43,561 nt of DNA, from assembly GCA_035532035.1 (NCBI GenBank), contig DATKRS010000026.1, positions 1 through 43,561 on the forward strand. Reading direction: 5' to 3'. This stretch comes from Candidatus Dormiibacterota bacterium (lineage in GTDB: Bacteria > Vulcanimicrobiota > Vulcanimicrobiia > Vulcanimicrobiales > Vulcanimicrobiaceae). The notes under the pieces were generated by a model. The model saw only the letters and a program-made list of their open reading frames with translations. It was not told where the DNA came from and searched no databases. Below, one piece after another: positions 8,841 to 17,622 of the stretch (its first letter is position 1; every line of letters begins with the position of its first letter). The translations under genes were made by a program, and so were the position numbers.

Positions 8841-8883
8841 CAGCCGCCGGCTTGTCTTAATATACTAGGACAATAAAGACAAT
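8837..8883 (+). promoter_or_regulatory. sigma70-type promoter (TTGACA 8837..8842, 18-nt spacer, TATACT 8861..8866) with GACAA repeat operators
   Basis: Read directly from the sequence. This is an AT-rich island in GC-rich DNA. An inverted repeat (TTGTC at 8852..8856 and GACAA at 8869..8873) flanks the -10 element, and GACAAT is directly repeated at 8869..8874 and 8878..8883, immediately before the gntR-like ATG at 8884. Confidence 0.5.
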
Positions 8884-9264
8884 ATGCAGGCAGCCGAGTT
8901 CAGACTGAGCGGCGGTGGCGTTCCGGTGTACGTGCAGATCCGCCAGCAGATTCTCGCGGCAATCACTCGGGGCGCGCTCGAGCCAGGCGAGCAGCTTCCT
9001 ACCGTGCGCGAGATCGCCGTGGCCTTGCGCGTGAACCCGAATACCGTCAATCGCTCCTTCATCGAGTTGGAGCGCGAGGGCATCTTGGAGACCTTCCGCG
9101 GTCGTGGGACGTTCGTGTCGGGTCGTCCGCGCAAGGCGCGCCCGCGGGCGCGGCACGTCTTGCGCGAGATCGCCAGCCGAGCGCTTCGCGAAGCCGCCGA
9201 AAGCGGCTTCGCGGGCCGCGCGCTGCTCGACCAAGTCGCAGCTCTTCTTCGCATACCGTCATAG
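8884..9264 (+). CDS. GntR-family transcriptional regulator (short YtrA-like type)
   Basis: ORF track 8884..9264. It has an N-terminal winged-helix GntR signature (PGEQLPTVREIAVALRVNPNTVNRSFIELEREGIL) and a short C-terminal dimerisation helix (126 aa). Confidence 0.8.
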   Translation: MQAAEFRLSGGGVPVYVQIRQQILAAITRGALEPGEQLPTVREIAVALRVNPNTVNRSFIELEREGILETFRGRGTFVSGRPRKARPRARHVLREIASRALREAAESGFAGRALLDQVAALLRIPS

Positions 9265-9272
9265 GAGTCAGC

Positions 9273-10199
9273 ATGAAATCCGCTCCACCTCTCGCCCAGG
9301 GCGTACGCTTCCCACACGGACGCGTGCGCGCAAATCCGATCGGAGCCGTGCTCGCGCTCATCGTCGGCGGCGCCGCCGCCGGCATCGGCGAGGCGCGCAA
9401 CGATACGGCGCTCGTCGTCGCGGGTGTGATTGCCTTCGTTCTCATCCTGCTCGCGGTGCAGATGGCCAATCCGTGGGAGAAGGCCGTCGTCTTGCGCGCC
9501 GGGCGCTTCCGACGCCTGGCCGGACCGGGACTCTTTCTCATGATTCCCGTCATCGACAGCGTCACCGTCTGGATCGATCAACGCGTGCAGACGTCGACCT
9601 TCAGCGCCGAAGAGACCCTGACGAAGGATACCGTCCCGATCGACGTCGATGCGGTGCTCTTTTGGACCGTCTGGGATCCCCAGAAAGCGGCGCTCGAGGT
9701 TGCGTCGTACTCGCAAGCGATCGCGTGGGCGGCGCAGACGGCGTTGCGCGACATCATCGGTACCTCGACGCTCGCGGACCTTCTTTCGAACCGCCAGTTC
9801 GTCGACGAGAGCCTGCAGAAGACGATCGACGCACGCACGACGCCGTGGGGCATTACCGTCAACTCGGTAGAGATTCGCGATATTCGCATTCCCGACTCGC
9901 TCCAAGACGCGATGTCGCGCCAGGCGCAGGCCGAGCGCGAGCGTCAGGCGCGCACGATCCTCGGCGAAGCCGAGCAACAGATCGCGGCCTCTTTCGTCGA
10001 AGCGGCGAAGGCTTACCAGAACAACCCCGTCGCGCTCCATCTCCGCGCGATGAACATGCTCTACGAGGGCCTCAAGGAACGCGGCGCCATGATCGTCGTG
10101 CCCAGTACGGCGGTCGAGACGATGGGTCTCGGCGCCATCTCCGGGCTCGCCTCGCTCGCCGCGCAGCAGCCGAGCATCGCACCCAAGACGCCAGAATGA
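9273..10199 (+). CDS. SPFH/band-7 (stomatin-like, slipin) family membrane protein
   Basis: ORF track 9273..10199. AGGAG lies 3 nt upstream of the start. It has an N-terminal TM segment, then an SPFH core (WEKAVVLRAGRF, ...VDAVLFWTVWDP, ALRDIIGT..L) and an Ala/Gln-rich coiled-coil tail. Confidence 0.85.
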   Translation: MKSAPPLAQGVRFPHGRVRANPIGAVLALIVGGAAAGIGEARNDTALVVAGVIAFVLILLAVQMANPWEKAVVLRAGRFRRLAGPGLFLMIPVIDSVTVWIDQRVQTSTFSAEETLTKDTVPIDVDAVLFWTVWDPQKAALEVASYSQAIAWAAQTALRDIIGTSTLADLLSNRQFVDESLQKTIDARTTPWGITVNSVEIRDIRIPDSLQDAMSRQAQAERERQARTILGEAEQQIAASFVEAAKAYQNNPVALHLRAMNMLYEGLKERGAMIVVPSTAVETMGLGAISGLASLAAQQPSIAPKTPE

Positions 10200-10212
10200 G
10201 GAGTTGAATCCA

Positions 10213-11757
10213 ATGACTCGTGCCATCGTCTCTCTCGCCTGCGCTGCGACGATGCTCGCGCTGTCGCTCTCGTCCGCCGCGGCTGCGCCTCAACAGCAGC
10301 TCGCCGGCAGCTGGTCGGGCATGCTGAACTTTCCCGGCGCGCCGTTGCTCTTCGTTCTCACGATCGAACAGAACGGCAACGGCCTCTCCGCAACCGCGCA
10401 GAGCCCGTATCAAGGAGGCGGCTCGCTTCCGATCGACACGATTCGATTTGCAAACGGCACGCTCCACTTCGCGTCGAACCGGTTTGGATACGCGTTCGAC
10501 GGTACCGTCGCGCCCGGCGCGATCTCCGGAACGTTCGTGCAGCACGGAAACCGGCTCCCGCTCATCCTGCTGCCGAGCGCTCTCGGCACGAGCGACCTGC
10601 AAGGAACATGGCTCGGCGCGTTGAGCGTCGGGGGCACGAATCTGCTCTTGGCACTGCACCTCGCTCGCGACGCAAACGGATCGCTCGCCGCCACGTTCGA
10701 CAGCCCGTATCAGCACGCGTTCGGATTACCCGTGGCAGCCGTCTCCGTCGCAAACGGCGTGTTGCGCTTCGCAATGCCGAACTTGGGCGCATCCTACCGC
10801 GGCACGCTCGGGACGGCGTCGATTACCGGCACCTTTACGCAGCACGGGATCGCCCTTCCGCTCACGCTCGCGCGTCCCGGCTCCGGCGCTGCGCTTCCGG
10901 CACCGGTTCCTGTGGCGACGCCGTACCCCACGCCGCAGCCGCATTTTTCGAGCCGCACCGTCAGCTTCGCATCGTCCGGAGGCGCCGTCCTTGCGGGAAC
11001 GCTGACGATTCCGCATGGCGCACGCGCGCGCATGCCCGCGTTCGTCTTCGTTCACGGCAGCGGTCCGGGAACGCGCGACGGCGGCGTTCCGCAAAACCCC
11101 ACCTTTCTCGATCTGAGCAACGCCCTCTCCAATGCCGGCATCGTCGTCTTACGCTACGACAAGCGCGGCATCGCGCAGAGCACCGGCACGCCGACCGAAG
11201 ACTGGCGCATCCTCGGCGACGACGTGCGCGCTGCGGTCGCGTTCTTGCGCGCGCAGCCCAGCGTAAACCCGAATCGAATCTATCTTCTCGGACACAGCGA
11301 AGGCGGGATCATCGTGCCGCTCGTAGCCCCGTCGATTCGCGGTCTCGCTGGAATCGTGCTCATGGCTCCACCGGCCGTTCCGATGGAGCGCATCATCCAG
11401 GAGCAGTCACCACGCATGACGCCGGAGTTGCATCAGGCGGTGACGCGCGCCTTGGCGTCGTATATCGGCATCGATCCCGCACACGTCATCCAGCACGTCG
11501 GCGTGCCGATTCTCGTGCTCCAGGGCACGCGCGACATTCAGGTCCTGCCGTCAGACCTGCCGCATCTCGTCGAAGCCGCGCGCAGCGCTCACCGGCGCAT
11601 TACCGTCGACATGCTCTCGGGCGACGATCATCTCTTCCTAACGGTTCCGGCTGCGATGCCGAGCGACGGTTCCGAGTATGAAACCGCGGCGCCGCTCGAT
11701 CCGCGCGTTGCGGCCGATATCCTGCGCTGGCTGCGCGGGCTCGGCGAGCTGGGCTAG
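10213..11757 (+). CDS. secreted alpha/beta-hydrolase with two tandem N-terminal repeat domains
   Basis: Track ORF 10204..11757 begins at a TTG. I used the ATG at 10213, with GAGGAG 9 nt upstream and the signal peptide MTRAIVSLACAATMLALSLSSAAAA. The catalytic half has a GHSEGG nucleophile elbow and an HGSGPGTRDG motif. Confidence 0.75.
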   Translation: MTRAIVSLACAATMLALSLSSAAAAPQQQLAGSWSGMLNFPGAPLLFVLTIEQNGNGLSATAQSPYQGGGSLPIDTIRFANGTLHFASNRFGYAFDGTVAPGAISGTFVQHGNRLPLILLPSALGTSDLQGTWLGALSVGGTNLLLALHLARDANGSLAATFDSPYQHAFGLPVAAVSVANGVLRFAMPNLGASYRGTLGTASITGTFTQHGIALPLTLARPGSGAALPAPVPVATPYPTPQPHFSSRTVSFASSGGAVLAGTLTIPHGARARMPAFVFVHGSGPGTRDGGVPQNPTFLDLSNALSNAGIVVLRYDKRGIAQSTGTPTEDWRILGDDVRAAVAFLRAQPSVNPNRIYLLGHSEGGIIVPLVAPSIRGLAGIVLMAPPAVPMERIIQEQSPRMTPELHQAVTRALASYIGIDPAHVIQHVGVPILVLQGTRDIQVLPSDLPHLVEAARSAHRRITVDMLSGDDHLFLTVPAAMPSDGSEYETAAPLDPRVAADILRWLRGLGELG

Positions 11758-12821
11758 GTGCGCTCCGATGCCGCATGCAGCCACGGCCCGAAATATCGCC
11801 AGAGAATCTTCACGAGTGCGGCCGCCGGAATTCCTAGGATGAGCCCCGGCATGCCGAAGAGCTCGCCGCCGGCGAAGACCGCGAACATGACCCCGATCGG
11901 CGAAACGCCGACCGTGCTGCCCATGATGCGCGGCACGAGCACCATGTCGCTGATGCGCGCCATGACGAACATCACCACCTGCAGCCACAGCATCATCCAA
12001 GCGCCTTGCGGCGCGCAGAGCACGAGCGCGATCACTTGCGCGATGACCATGCCGATGACCGGAACCGCGTAGGCAACGGCCGAGATCAACCCGATGATCA
12101 GCGGATATTTGAAACCGATCGCGGCGCTGACGACGGCAATGACGATTCCCGTAATCGCGCTGACGACGATTTGGCCGAAGATGTACTTCCCGAACACGTC
12201 CGTGACCTCGACGACCACCTTGCGAGCGGTCGCGCGCCGGCGCGGAGGAAAGAGCATCGCAAACCCTTCCGAAATCTGCTCGTCGTTGAGTAGGAAGTAG
12301 AACGACAGCACGATTGCCGCGAACGCGATGAAGAGCCACGTTGCGGTGTTGATGACGAGGGTTCCGATCGAAGAGAGCGTCTGGCTCGCGACGGCTCCCA
12401 GGCGATCCGCGCCGATCTGCGCGATGTCGATCGTGGGAATCTGCAAGGCGGGAAAGCGCACTTGGAGCGCATCGCGCAGATCGACGACCCAGCCGTGAAC
12501 CGCTTGCGCGTACGACGGCATGTTCGAGATCAAGAGCTGGCTCTGCAGCACGGCCATCGGAACCACGACGAGGAGCAGCAACACGACGACCATCACGAGC
12601 ACGACGAAGATCAGCGTGATCGCCAGCCACCTGGGGATGCGAGCGCGAACGAGCACCGCCACCATGGGCCGAACGCCGAACGCGATGAAGGCCGCGATCG
12701 TGAATATCGCGATCGTGTGTGGAATCAACCGCACGATCCACCACACCGCGACCAGGCCGACGAGCGTGACGACGCCCCAGAAGATGCGCCGCGAGGACGC
12801 CGAGCCTAGAGCCGCTTGCAC
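11754..12821 (-). CDS. AI-2E family transporter (PerM/UPF0118)
   Basis: ORF track 11754..12821. It has 8 TM helices and the family's typical C-terminal block (PVIGMVIAQVIALV, GGELFGMPGLILGIPAAA). Confidence 0.85.
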   Translation of the reverse strand: MQAALGSASSRRIFWGVVTLVGLVAVWWIVRLIPHTIAIFTIAAFIAFGVRPMVAVLVRARIPRWLAITLIFVVLVMVVVLLLLVVVPMAVLQSQLLISNMPSYAQAVHGWVVDLRDALQVRFPALQIPTIDIAQIGADRLGAVASQTLSSIGTLVINTATWLFIAFAAIVLSFYFLLNDEQISEGFAMLFPPRRRATARKVVVEVTDVFGKYIFGQIVVSAITGIVIAVVSAAIGFKYPLIIGLISAVAYAVPVIGMVIAQVIALVLCAPQGAWMMLWLQVVMFVMARISDMVLVPRIMGSTVGVSPIGVMFAVFAGGELFGMPGLILGIPAAALVKILWRYFGPWLHAASERT

Positions 12822-13255
12822 AACTGCCGCCGCTCGGTCAGATAGCCGGCGCGCTCGTAGAGACGCCGCGCCGGAGCATTGCTCTCGGTAACCATCAACG
12901 ACATATACGCTATCCCACGCCTCCGGGCCTCATCTTCGGCGGCAGAAAGGAGCGCCGTGCCGACGCCCCGGCGCGAGAAGGCCGGCTCCACGGCCATGTA
13001 GGCGACGAAGCCTTGCGGCTGGAGCCCGACTTCGTCCGGCAGCGCGTCGAGCAAGAAGAGAAAGCCGACGGGGAGATCGGCGGCCTGCGCGACGAGAAGC
13101 ACGTGCGACTGCGAGGCGACGGCGTCGAGAAGACGCTCGTACCCGGCGGCCAGCGCGGCATCCGTCGCGCCGCGGCTGCGGCTCGAGGCGATGGTCCGCA
13201 GGCCGAGGTCCCGGGCGAAGTCCCAATCCCGCGCGTCGCCGGCGCGCACGCTCAC
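12806..13255 (-). CDS. GNAT-family N-acetyltransferase
   Basis: Only the C-terminal 150 aa of track ORF 12806..13828 look protein-like, with acetyl-CoA-binding motif A (RRGVGTALLSAAEDEARRRG) and motif B (NAPARRLYERAGY). The GTG at 13255 overlaps the hisC TGA (GTGA). The upstream 190 aa of the track ORF are an Arg-rich artefact. Confidence 0.75.
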   Translation of the reverse strand: MSVRAGDARDWDFARDLGLRTIASSRSRGATDAALAAGYERLLDAVASQSHVLLVAQAADLPVGFLFLLDALPDEVGLQPQGFVAYMAVEPAFSRRGVGTALLSAAEDEARRRGIAYMSLMVTESNAPARRLYERAGYLTERRQLCKRL

Positions 13256-14319
13256 GCTTGCCAGGTGCCGACGAGCCTTTCGAGCGCGGAGAGCAACACA
13301 GCGTTCTCCTCTTTGGTTCCGATCGTGATGCGCAGTCGCCCCGGCATGCGCAGCGCGTCGCCGCAGCGCACGATGATGCCTTCGCGCAGCAAATCCTCGT
13401 ACGCGCGCGTTGCGCTCGCAGGGACGGCGAGTGCATAGAAGTTCGCCTGCGTGGGGTACGCGTCGAGCTCGAGCGCCGCGAGCGCGGGAAAGAGCTGTGC
13501 CTTCCCCGCTTCGTTGTTTTCGATGCTGCGTCGCACGAATTCGTCGTCGTCCAGTGCCGCAGCGGCGGCGGCAAGCGCCGGCGCCGAGACGTTGAAGGGC
13601 AAGCGCACGCGCTCCATCACGGCGATCGTCTCCGCGTCGGCGAAGCCGTATCCGAATCGCACCGCGGCGAGGCCGTAGATCTTCGACAGCGTCCGCAGCA
13701 CGAGCGTTCGCGGACGCGCCGTAACGTGCACGATCGCATCGACGGACGCCGCAGATGCGTACTCGCGATATGCCTGATCGACGACGAGTACGACGTGCGC
13801 GGGAAGAGCCTCGACGAACGCGCTCCACGCGAGTGGATCGACGACCGTGCCGGTTGGATTGTTGGGCTCGCAGACGAAGATCAGTTTCGTGCGCGGCGAG
13901 ATCGCTTCGCGCATCGCATCCAGGTCAGTCACGCCGTCGCGCAGCGGCACCTCGACGGCGCGCGCGTTGCGCACGGCAACGGCCAAGCGATAGAGCGCGA
14001 AGCTCGGCACGGCGATTACGGCCTCGTCGCCCGCCTGCAGAAACGTCTCCGCGACGAGCTTCACGATCTCGTTGCTCCCGTGCCCGAAAACGACGTTCTC
14101 CGCAGCGAGACCGCGCAGCGCCGCAAAGCGTTCCTTGAGCGCGAGGAACGCGTCGTCGCCGTAGAGGTGCAGGTTCTCCACGCCGCGCGCTGCCGCAAGC
14201 GCCTTCGGCGACGTTCCCAAAGGGTTCTCGTTCGAAGCGAGCTTGATTATGCGGCCGCTGCCGCCGTAGCGGAGCCGCACCTCCTCGACCGAAGCGGCGC
14301 GCTGATAGGCGTCAAGCAC
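13252..14319 (-). CDS. hisC: histidinol-phosphate aminotransferase
   Basis: Track ORF 13252..14508. It has class-II aminotransferase blocks (IKLASNENPLGTSP, FVCEPNNPTG, the PLP-lysine region RTLSKIYGLAAVRFGYG). I trimmed the start to the GTG at 14319, which overlaps the pyrE stop; the 63 aa upstream are a Cys/Arg-rich artefact. Confidence 0.85.
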   Translation of the reverse strand: MLDAYQRAASVEEVRLRYGGSGRIIKLASNENPLGTSPKALAAARGVENLHLYGDDAFLALKERFAALRGLAAENVVFGHGSNEIVKLVAETFLQAGDEAVIAVPSFALYRLAVAVRNARAVEVPLRDGVTDLDAMREAISPRTKLIFVCEPNNPTGTVVDPLAWSAFVEALPAHVVLVVDQAYREYASAASVDAIVHVTARPRTLVLRTLSKIYGLAAVRFGYGFADAETIAVMERVRLPFNVSAPALAAAAAALDDDEFVRRSIENNEAGKAQLFPALAALELDAYPTQANFYALAVPASATRAYEDLLREGIIVRCGDALRMPGRLRITIGTKEENAVLLSALERLVGTWQA

Positions 14320-14881
14320 GGCGCGATCCCGGATCCGCCAGCGGCTCCTTCGCAGCGCACAGCGGGCATTCGTCAGGATCGTACGAGCGCAACGGCAAGT
14401 CGAGCAACGCCAGCGTTCGCACGCCCAGCTGCACGTCGCCGCGACGGACGATCGCCGCGACGCCGAGAACCTCGCATCCACGACCGCGCACGACGTCGAG
14501 CACTTCACGCACCGAGCCGCCGGTAGTCATGACGTCTTCGACGATGAGCGCGCGGTCGTGAGGCTCGAGGCTGAAACCGCGACGCAGAACGGGAACGCCG
14601 CGTTCCTTCTCCACGAAAACGGCGCGCGCTCCGAGGGCGCGTGCAGTTTCGTATCCGAGCACGATGCCGCCGACGGCGGCACTCACGACGACCGTAGGTC
14701 GCTCGGCGACGAAGGCATCGGCGATCGAGCGCGCGATCGGCTCGACGAGAGACGGGTCCTCGAGAATGCGAAACTTCTGAATGAAACGATCGCTGTGCCG
14801 CCCCGAGCTGAGAAGGAAATGCCCTTCCAGTAGCGCGCCTTTTCGCTCGAGCGCCTCGGCGAGATCGAACGGGGCCGTCAT
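14312..14881 (-). CDS. pyrE: orotate phosphoribosyltransferase
   Basis: ORF track 14312..14881. It carries the PRPP-binding motif (ALIVEDVMTTGGS) and the short actinobacterial/Thermus-type PyrE layout (HFLLSSGRHSDRFIQ). Its start overlaps the pyrF stop. Confidence 0.85.
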   Translation of the reverse strand: MTAPFDLAEALERKGALLEGHFLLSSGRHSDRFIQKFRILEDPSLVEPIARSIADAFVAERPTVVVSAAVGGIVLGYETARALGARAVFVEKERGVPVLRRGFSLEPHDRALIVEDVMTTGGSVREVLDVVRGRGCEVLGVAAIVRRGDVQLGVRTLALLDLPLRSYDPDECPLCAAKEPLADPGSRRA

Positions 14882-15591
14882 CGGTCGTACGGCGCGATCT
14901 CGTCCAGGATCGCGGCAGCGGCGGCGCGCCTGTCGGGCGCTTCGAGAATCGGTCTTCCTACGACGATGTAATCCGCGCCCGCTGCCGCGGTCTCGCCCGG
15001 CGTACCGACGCGCTGCTGATCGCGCGACGCGCTTCCGGCGGGGCGCACGCCGGGAACGAGGGTCAAGAGATCGTCGCCGAAGACGGCCTTGACTTCGCGC
15101 ACTTCACGCGGGCTGCAGACCACGCCCGCGCATCCGGCGTCCCGCGCGAGCGACGCGAGGCGCATGACGTTCTCCGCGGGGCCTCCCGAGAGGCCGAGAT
15201 CGGCGATGCCGTCGTCGGCGATCGACGTGAGCAGCGTGACGGCGAAGACGCGCGGGGCCCGGATGCCGAGCGTTTGGGCCCTCTCGCGCACGCCGTCGAC
15301 CGCTGCGCGCATCATCTCCACCCCGCCGAGCGCGTGCACCGTCAGCATGCGCATTGCCGGGGCGACGAGCTGACGCGCTGCGGCGCCGACGGTCCGCGGA
15401 ATATCGTGCAGCTTCGCATCGACGCAGTATCGGACGTCACGTGCCTCACAGTACCCGAAGATGCGATCGGCATAGCCGAGCAGCGGCTCGAGCCCGATCT
15501 TGAAGATCACGTCGAAGTCGTAGAGCTCGTCGACGACGCGTTCTGCTTCCTCCGGTACGGGTGCGTCCAGCGCGACGACGAGACGGCTCAT
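14878..15591 (-). CDS. pyrF: orotidine 5'-phosphate decarboxylase
   Basis: ORF track 14878..15591. It has the conserved LVVALD, KIGLE and DAKLHDIP(RT) blocks and YIVVGRPI. Confidence 0.85.
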   Translation of the reverse strand: MSRLVVALDAPVPEEAERVVDELYDFDVIFKIGLEPLLGYADRIFGYCEARDVRYCVDAKLHDIPRTVGAAARQLVAPAMRMLTVHALGGVEMMRAAVDGVRERAQTLGIRAPRVFAVTLLTSIADDGIADLGLSGGPAENVMRLASLARDAGCAGVVCSPREVREVKAVFGDDLLTLVPGVRPAGSASRDQQRVGTPGETAAAGADYIVVGRPILEAPDRRAAAAAILDEIAPYDR

Positions 15592-16550
15592 CCCGCATCC
15601 CCTTCGAACTGCTCCGCACTCTCGAAGCCGCGATTTGCGCGCCCGACGATCTCGCCGAGACTGTGCAAGCCGTGCAGCGAGAGGTACTCGGCGAGTCCGT
15701 CGGCGATGCGCTCGGGAACGCGCGGATCGGTAAAGTTCGCCGTGCCGATGCCGACGGCGCCGGCGCCGGCGAGAATGAACTCGAGGGCGTCGGTCACGGA
15801 CTCGATCCCGCCTTGACCGACAATGGGAATCCGCACCGCTCGCGCGACCTCATATACCGCAAGGACCGCGATCGGGCGTATCGCCGCGCCCGAAAGCCCG
15901 CCCGCGACGTTCCCGAGACGCGGCCGCCAGGTATCGACGTCGATCGCCATCGCGCGCACGGTGTTGATGACCGCAAGCGCGTCGGCTCCAGCGGACTCGG
16001 CCCGGCGCGCGATCGCGGCGATATCGGTGACGTTCGGCGAGAGCTTCACGATGAGCGGCTTGCGCGTGACCGAGCGCGCCGCCCCGACCACGCTCGCCGT
16101 GAGATCGGGATCGCACGCGAAGGTCTCTCCCTCGCTCGCCACGTTTGGGCACGAGATGTTGAGCTCGATTGCGGCGATCTCCGGCCGCGCCGCGAGGCGC
16201 TCGCAGACCTCAGCGTACTCGTCGATCGAAAAGCCGGCAACGCTGCCGACGACCGGGCACGGGCGTCCTGCGAGCTTCGGTATCTCGCGTTCGAGATACC
16301 AGTCGATGCCGGGGTTCTGCAATCCGATGGCATTGAGCAGTCCCGCCGGCGTGTGGACGAGCCGCGGCATTGGATTGCCCAGGCGCGGCTTGCGCGTGAC
16401 GCTCTTGAGAACGATCGCACCGATGCGCGACAGATCGACGAGCGACGAAAACTCTTCTCCCGACCCGTAACAGCCGCTGCCCATCAGCGTCGGGTACTCC
16501 AAGCGAAGACCGCCGACGTCGACGCCGAGATCGACTCCGCGCGCTACCAT
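15588..16550 (-). CDS. pyrD: dihydroorotate dehydrogenase catalytic subunit (class 1B)
   Basis: ORF track 15588..16550. It has the TIM-barrel DHODH motifs (IELNISCPN, GGLSG, IVGQGGI). It overlaps pyrK by 7 nt. Confidence 0.9.
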   Translation of the reverse strand: MVARGVDLGVDVGGLRLEYPTLMGSGCYGSGEEFSSLVDLSRIGAIVLKSVTRKPRLGNPMPRLVHTPAGLLNAIGLQNPGIDWYLEREIPKLAGRPCPVVGSVAGFSIDEYAEVCERLAARPEIAAIELNISCPNVASEGETFACDPDLTASVVGAARSVTRKPLIVKLSPNVTDIAAIARRAESAGADALAVINTVRAMAIDVDTWRPRLGNVAGGLSGAAIRPIAVLAVYEVARAVRIPIVGQGGIESVTDALEFILAGAGAVGIGTANFTDPRVPERIADGLAEYLSLHGLHSLGEIVGRANRGFESAEQFEGDAG

Positions 16551-17326
16551 CGCAACTCCTCGGCGAGAAAGACCGGGCCTTCGCGGCAGACGCGCGCATA
16601 TGCGACCCCGTTCTCACTCGCGACAGGTACCACGCAGCCCCAGCACGCTCCCACGCCGCACCCGAACGTCTCCTCGAGCGAGAGCTGCGCCGGCACGCGC
16701 ATCGCGTGCGCGGCGTGCGCCGTCGCGTGAAGCATCGCCGTCGGACCGCAGGCGAGGATGAGGTCCGCGGGCGCGGCGCGCGCGAGCGCATCGGTAACGA
16801 ATCCTTCCGTGCCTTCGCTTCCGTCGTCCGTCGCGACGACGACCTCACAGCCCGCTGCGGCGAATCGCTCCCGGTCGACGAGTCTCGCGGCGGTTGCCGC
16901 GCCATAGAAGAGACGGACGCGCGATCCGCGTCGCAGCAACGCGCGCGCAGCGAGCAGTACCGACGCGATGCCCACGCCGCCGGCAACGATCGCGACGTCG
17001 TTCGCGCCGGCGCCGAGGTCGAAGCCGTTGCCGAGCGGTCCGAAGAGCGAGAGCATTTCCCCGGGATGAAGGGCTGCGAGCCGGCGCGTGCGATCGCCGA
17101 CCACGACGAAGAGCAGGCTCAGGCAATCCTCAGCGACGTCGTAGACGCCGAGTGCAACGGACGTGTCGCCGGCGCTCGGCGGCACCGCCATGACGAACTG
17201 ACCTGGCCCCGCCGCAGCCGCGATAGCGGGCGCTCGAACGTCGAGCACGACCACGCCGGCCGCCGGCTCCCTGCGAGCGACCACCCTCGCATCGACAACC
17301 CGAGCGAGCGATTGAGCCGTTTGCAC
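16544..17326 (-). CDS. pyrK: dihydroorotate dehydrogenase electron-transfer subunit (FAD / [2Fe-2S])
   Basis: Track ORF 16544..17455 starts at a TTG. The conserved PyrK region begins near VQTAQSLARVVDARVV (GPGQFVMAV, a C-terminal CGxGxCxGC cluster). I placed the start at the GTG at 17326, which gives the expected length of about 260 aa. The 40 aa upstream fall in a lower-GC leader. Confidence 0.75.
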   Translation of the reverse strand: MQTAQSLARVVDARVVARREPAAGVVVLDVRAPAIAAAAGPGQFVMAVPPSAGDTSVALGVYDVAEDCLSLLFVVVGDRTRRLAALHPGEMLSLFGPLGNGFDLGAGANDVAIVAGGVGIASVLLAARALLRRGSRVRLFYGAATAARLVDRERFAAAGCEVVVATDDGSEGTEGFVTDALARAAPADLILACGPTAMLHATAHAAHAMRVPAQLSLEETFGCGVGACWGCVVPVASENGVAYARVCREGPVFLAEELRW

Positions 17327-17432
17327 GCGCGCAAGCTTCGCCAAATTTTCACAAATATCCGTGAAGATGCCCTGAACTCTCTTGCGGAACGCGCCGTTAT
17401 ACGGTATAGGCAGTTGAAAGGAGGGACGGAAC

Positions 17433-17573
17433 GTGGCAGGCATCACCGTATTCAAATCACTCGCCGACGCGCTCCGCGCAGGCTACCAAGTGTACGATCG
17501 CACTTCGGATGGATATCTCGTGCGCACGCGTACCTCAGCAGGCTGGGCGATCGCCCTCGTTTCATACCGCTAA
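17433..17573 (+). CDS. small ORF (46 aa) with a perfect Shine-Dalgarno sequence, function unknown
   Basis: Absent from the ORF track. AAGGAGG (17418..17424) is followed by an 8-nt spacer and GTG, with TAA at 17571..17573. The translation is MAGITVFKSLADALRAGYQVYDRTSDGYLVRTRTSAGWAIALVSYR. It is divergent from pyrK. Confidence 0.4.
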   Translation: MAGITVFKSLADALRAGYQVYDRTSDGYLVRTRTSAGWAIALVSYR

Positions 17574-17622
17574 GTAGACTACGTCTTCATCCTCCTCGGC
17601 ATCGACCAAAAAGGCCGTCGGT

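Noticed and set aside
7160-8860. 566-aa plus-strand ORF in an alternative frame of the membrane-protein gene
   Set aside because: The translation is Arg-rich and low-complexity. The overlapping frame that starts at GTG 7110 encodes a coherent multi-TM protein coupled to argS.
8865-10226. 453-aa minus-strand ORF antisense to the GntR and SPFH genes
   Set aside because: It has no motifs and an R/G/D-rich composition. The plus-strand genes have Shine-Dalgarno sequences, a promoter and clear family signatures.
13256-13828. N-terminal 190 aa of the track ORF containing the GNAT domain
   Set aside because: It has an Arg-rich artefactual composition and overlaps the hisC coding region in another frame. 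The GNAT fold starts cleanly at the GTG coupled to the hisC stop.
17327-17432. PyrR-binding attenuator in the pyr leader
   Set aside because: I looked for the UCCNGAGAGG-type PyrR loop and for a terminator/antiterminator pair. Only a partial AGAGAG tract is present, and there is no pyrR gene in the window, so I did not call it.
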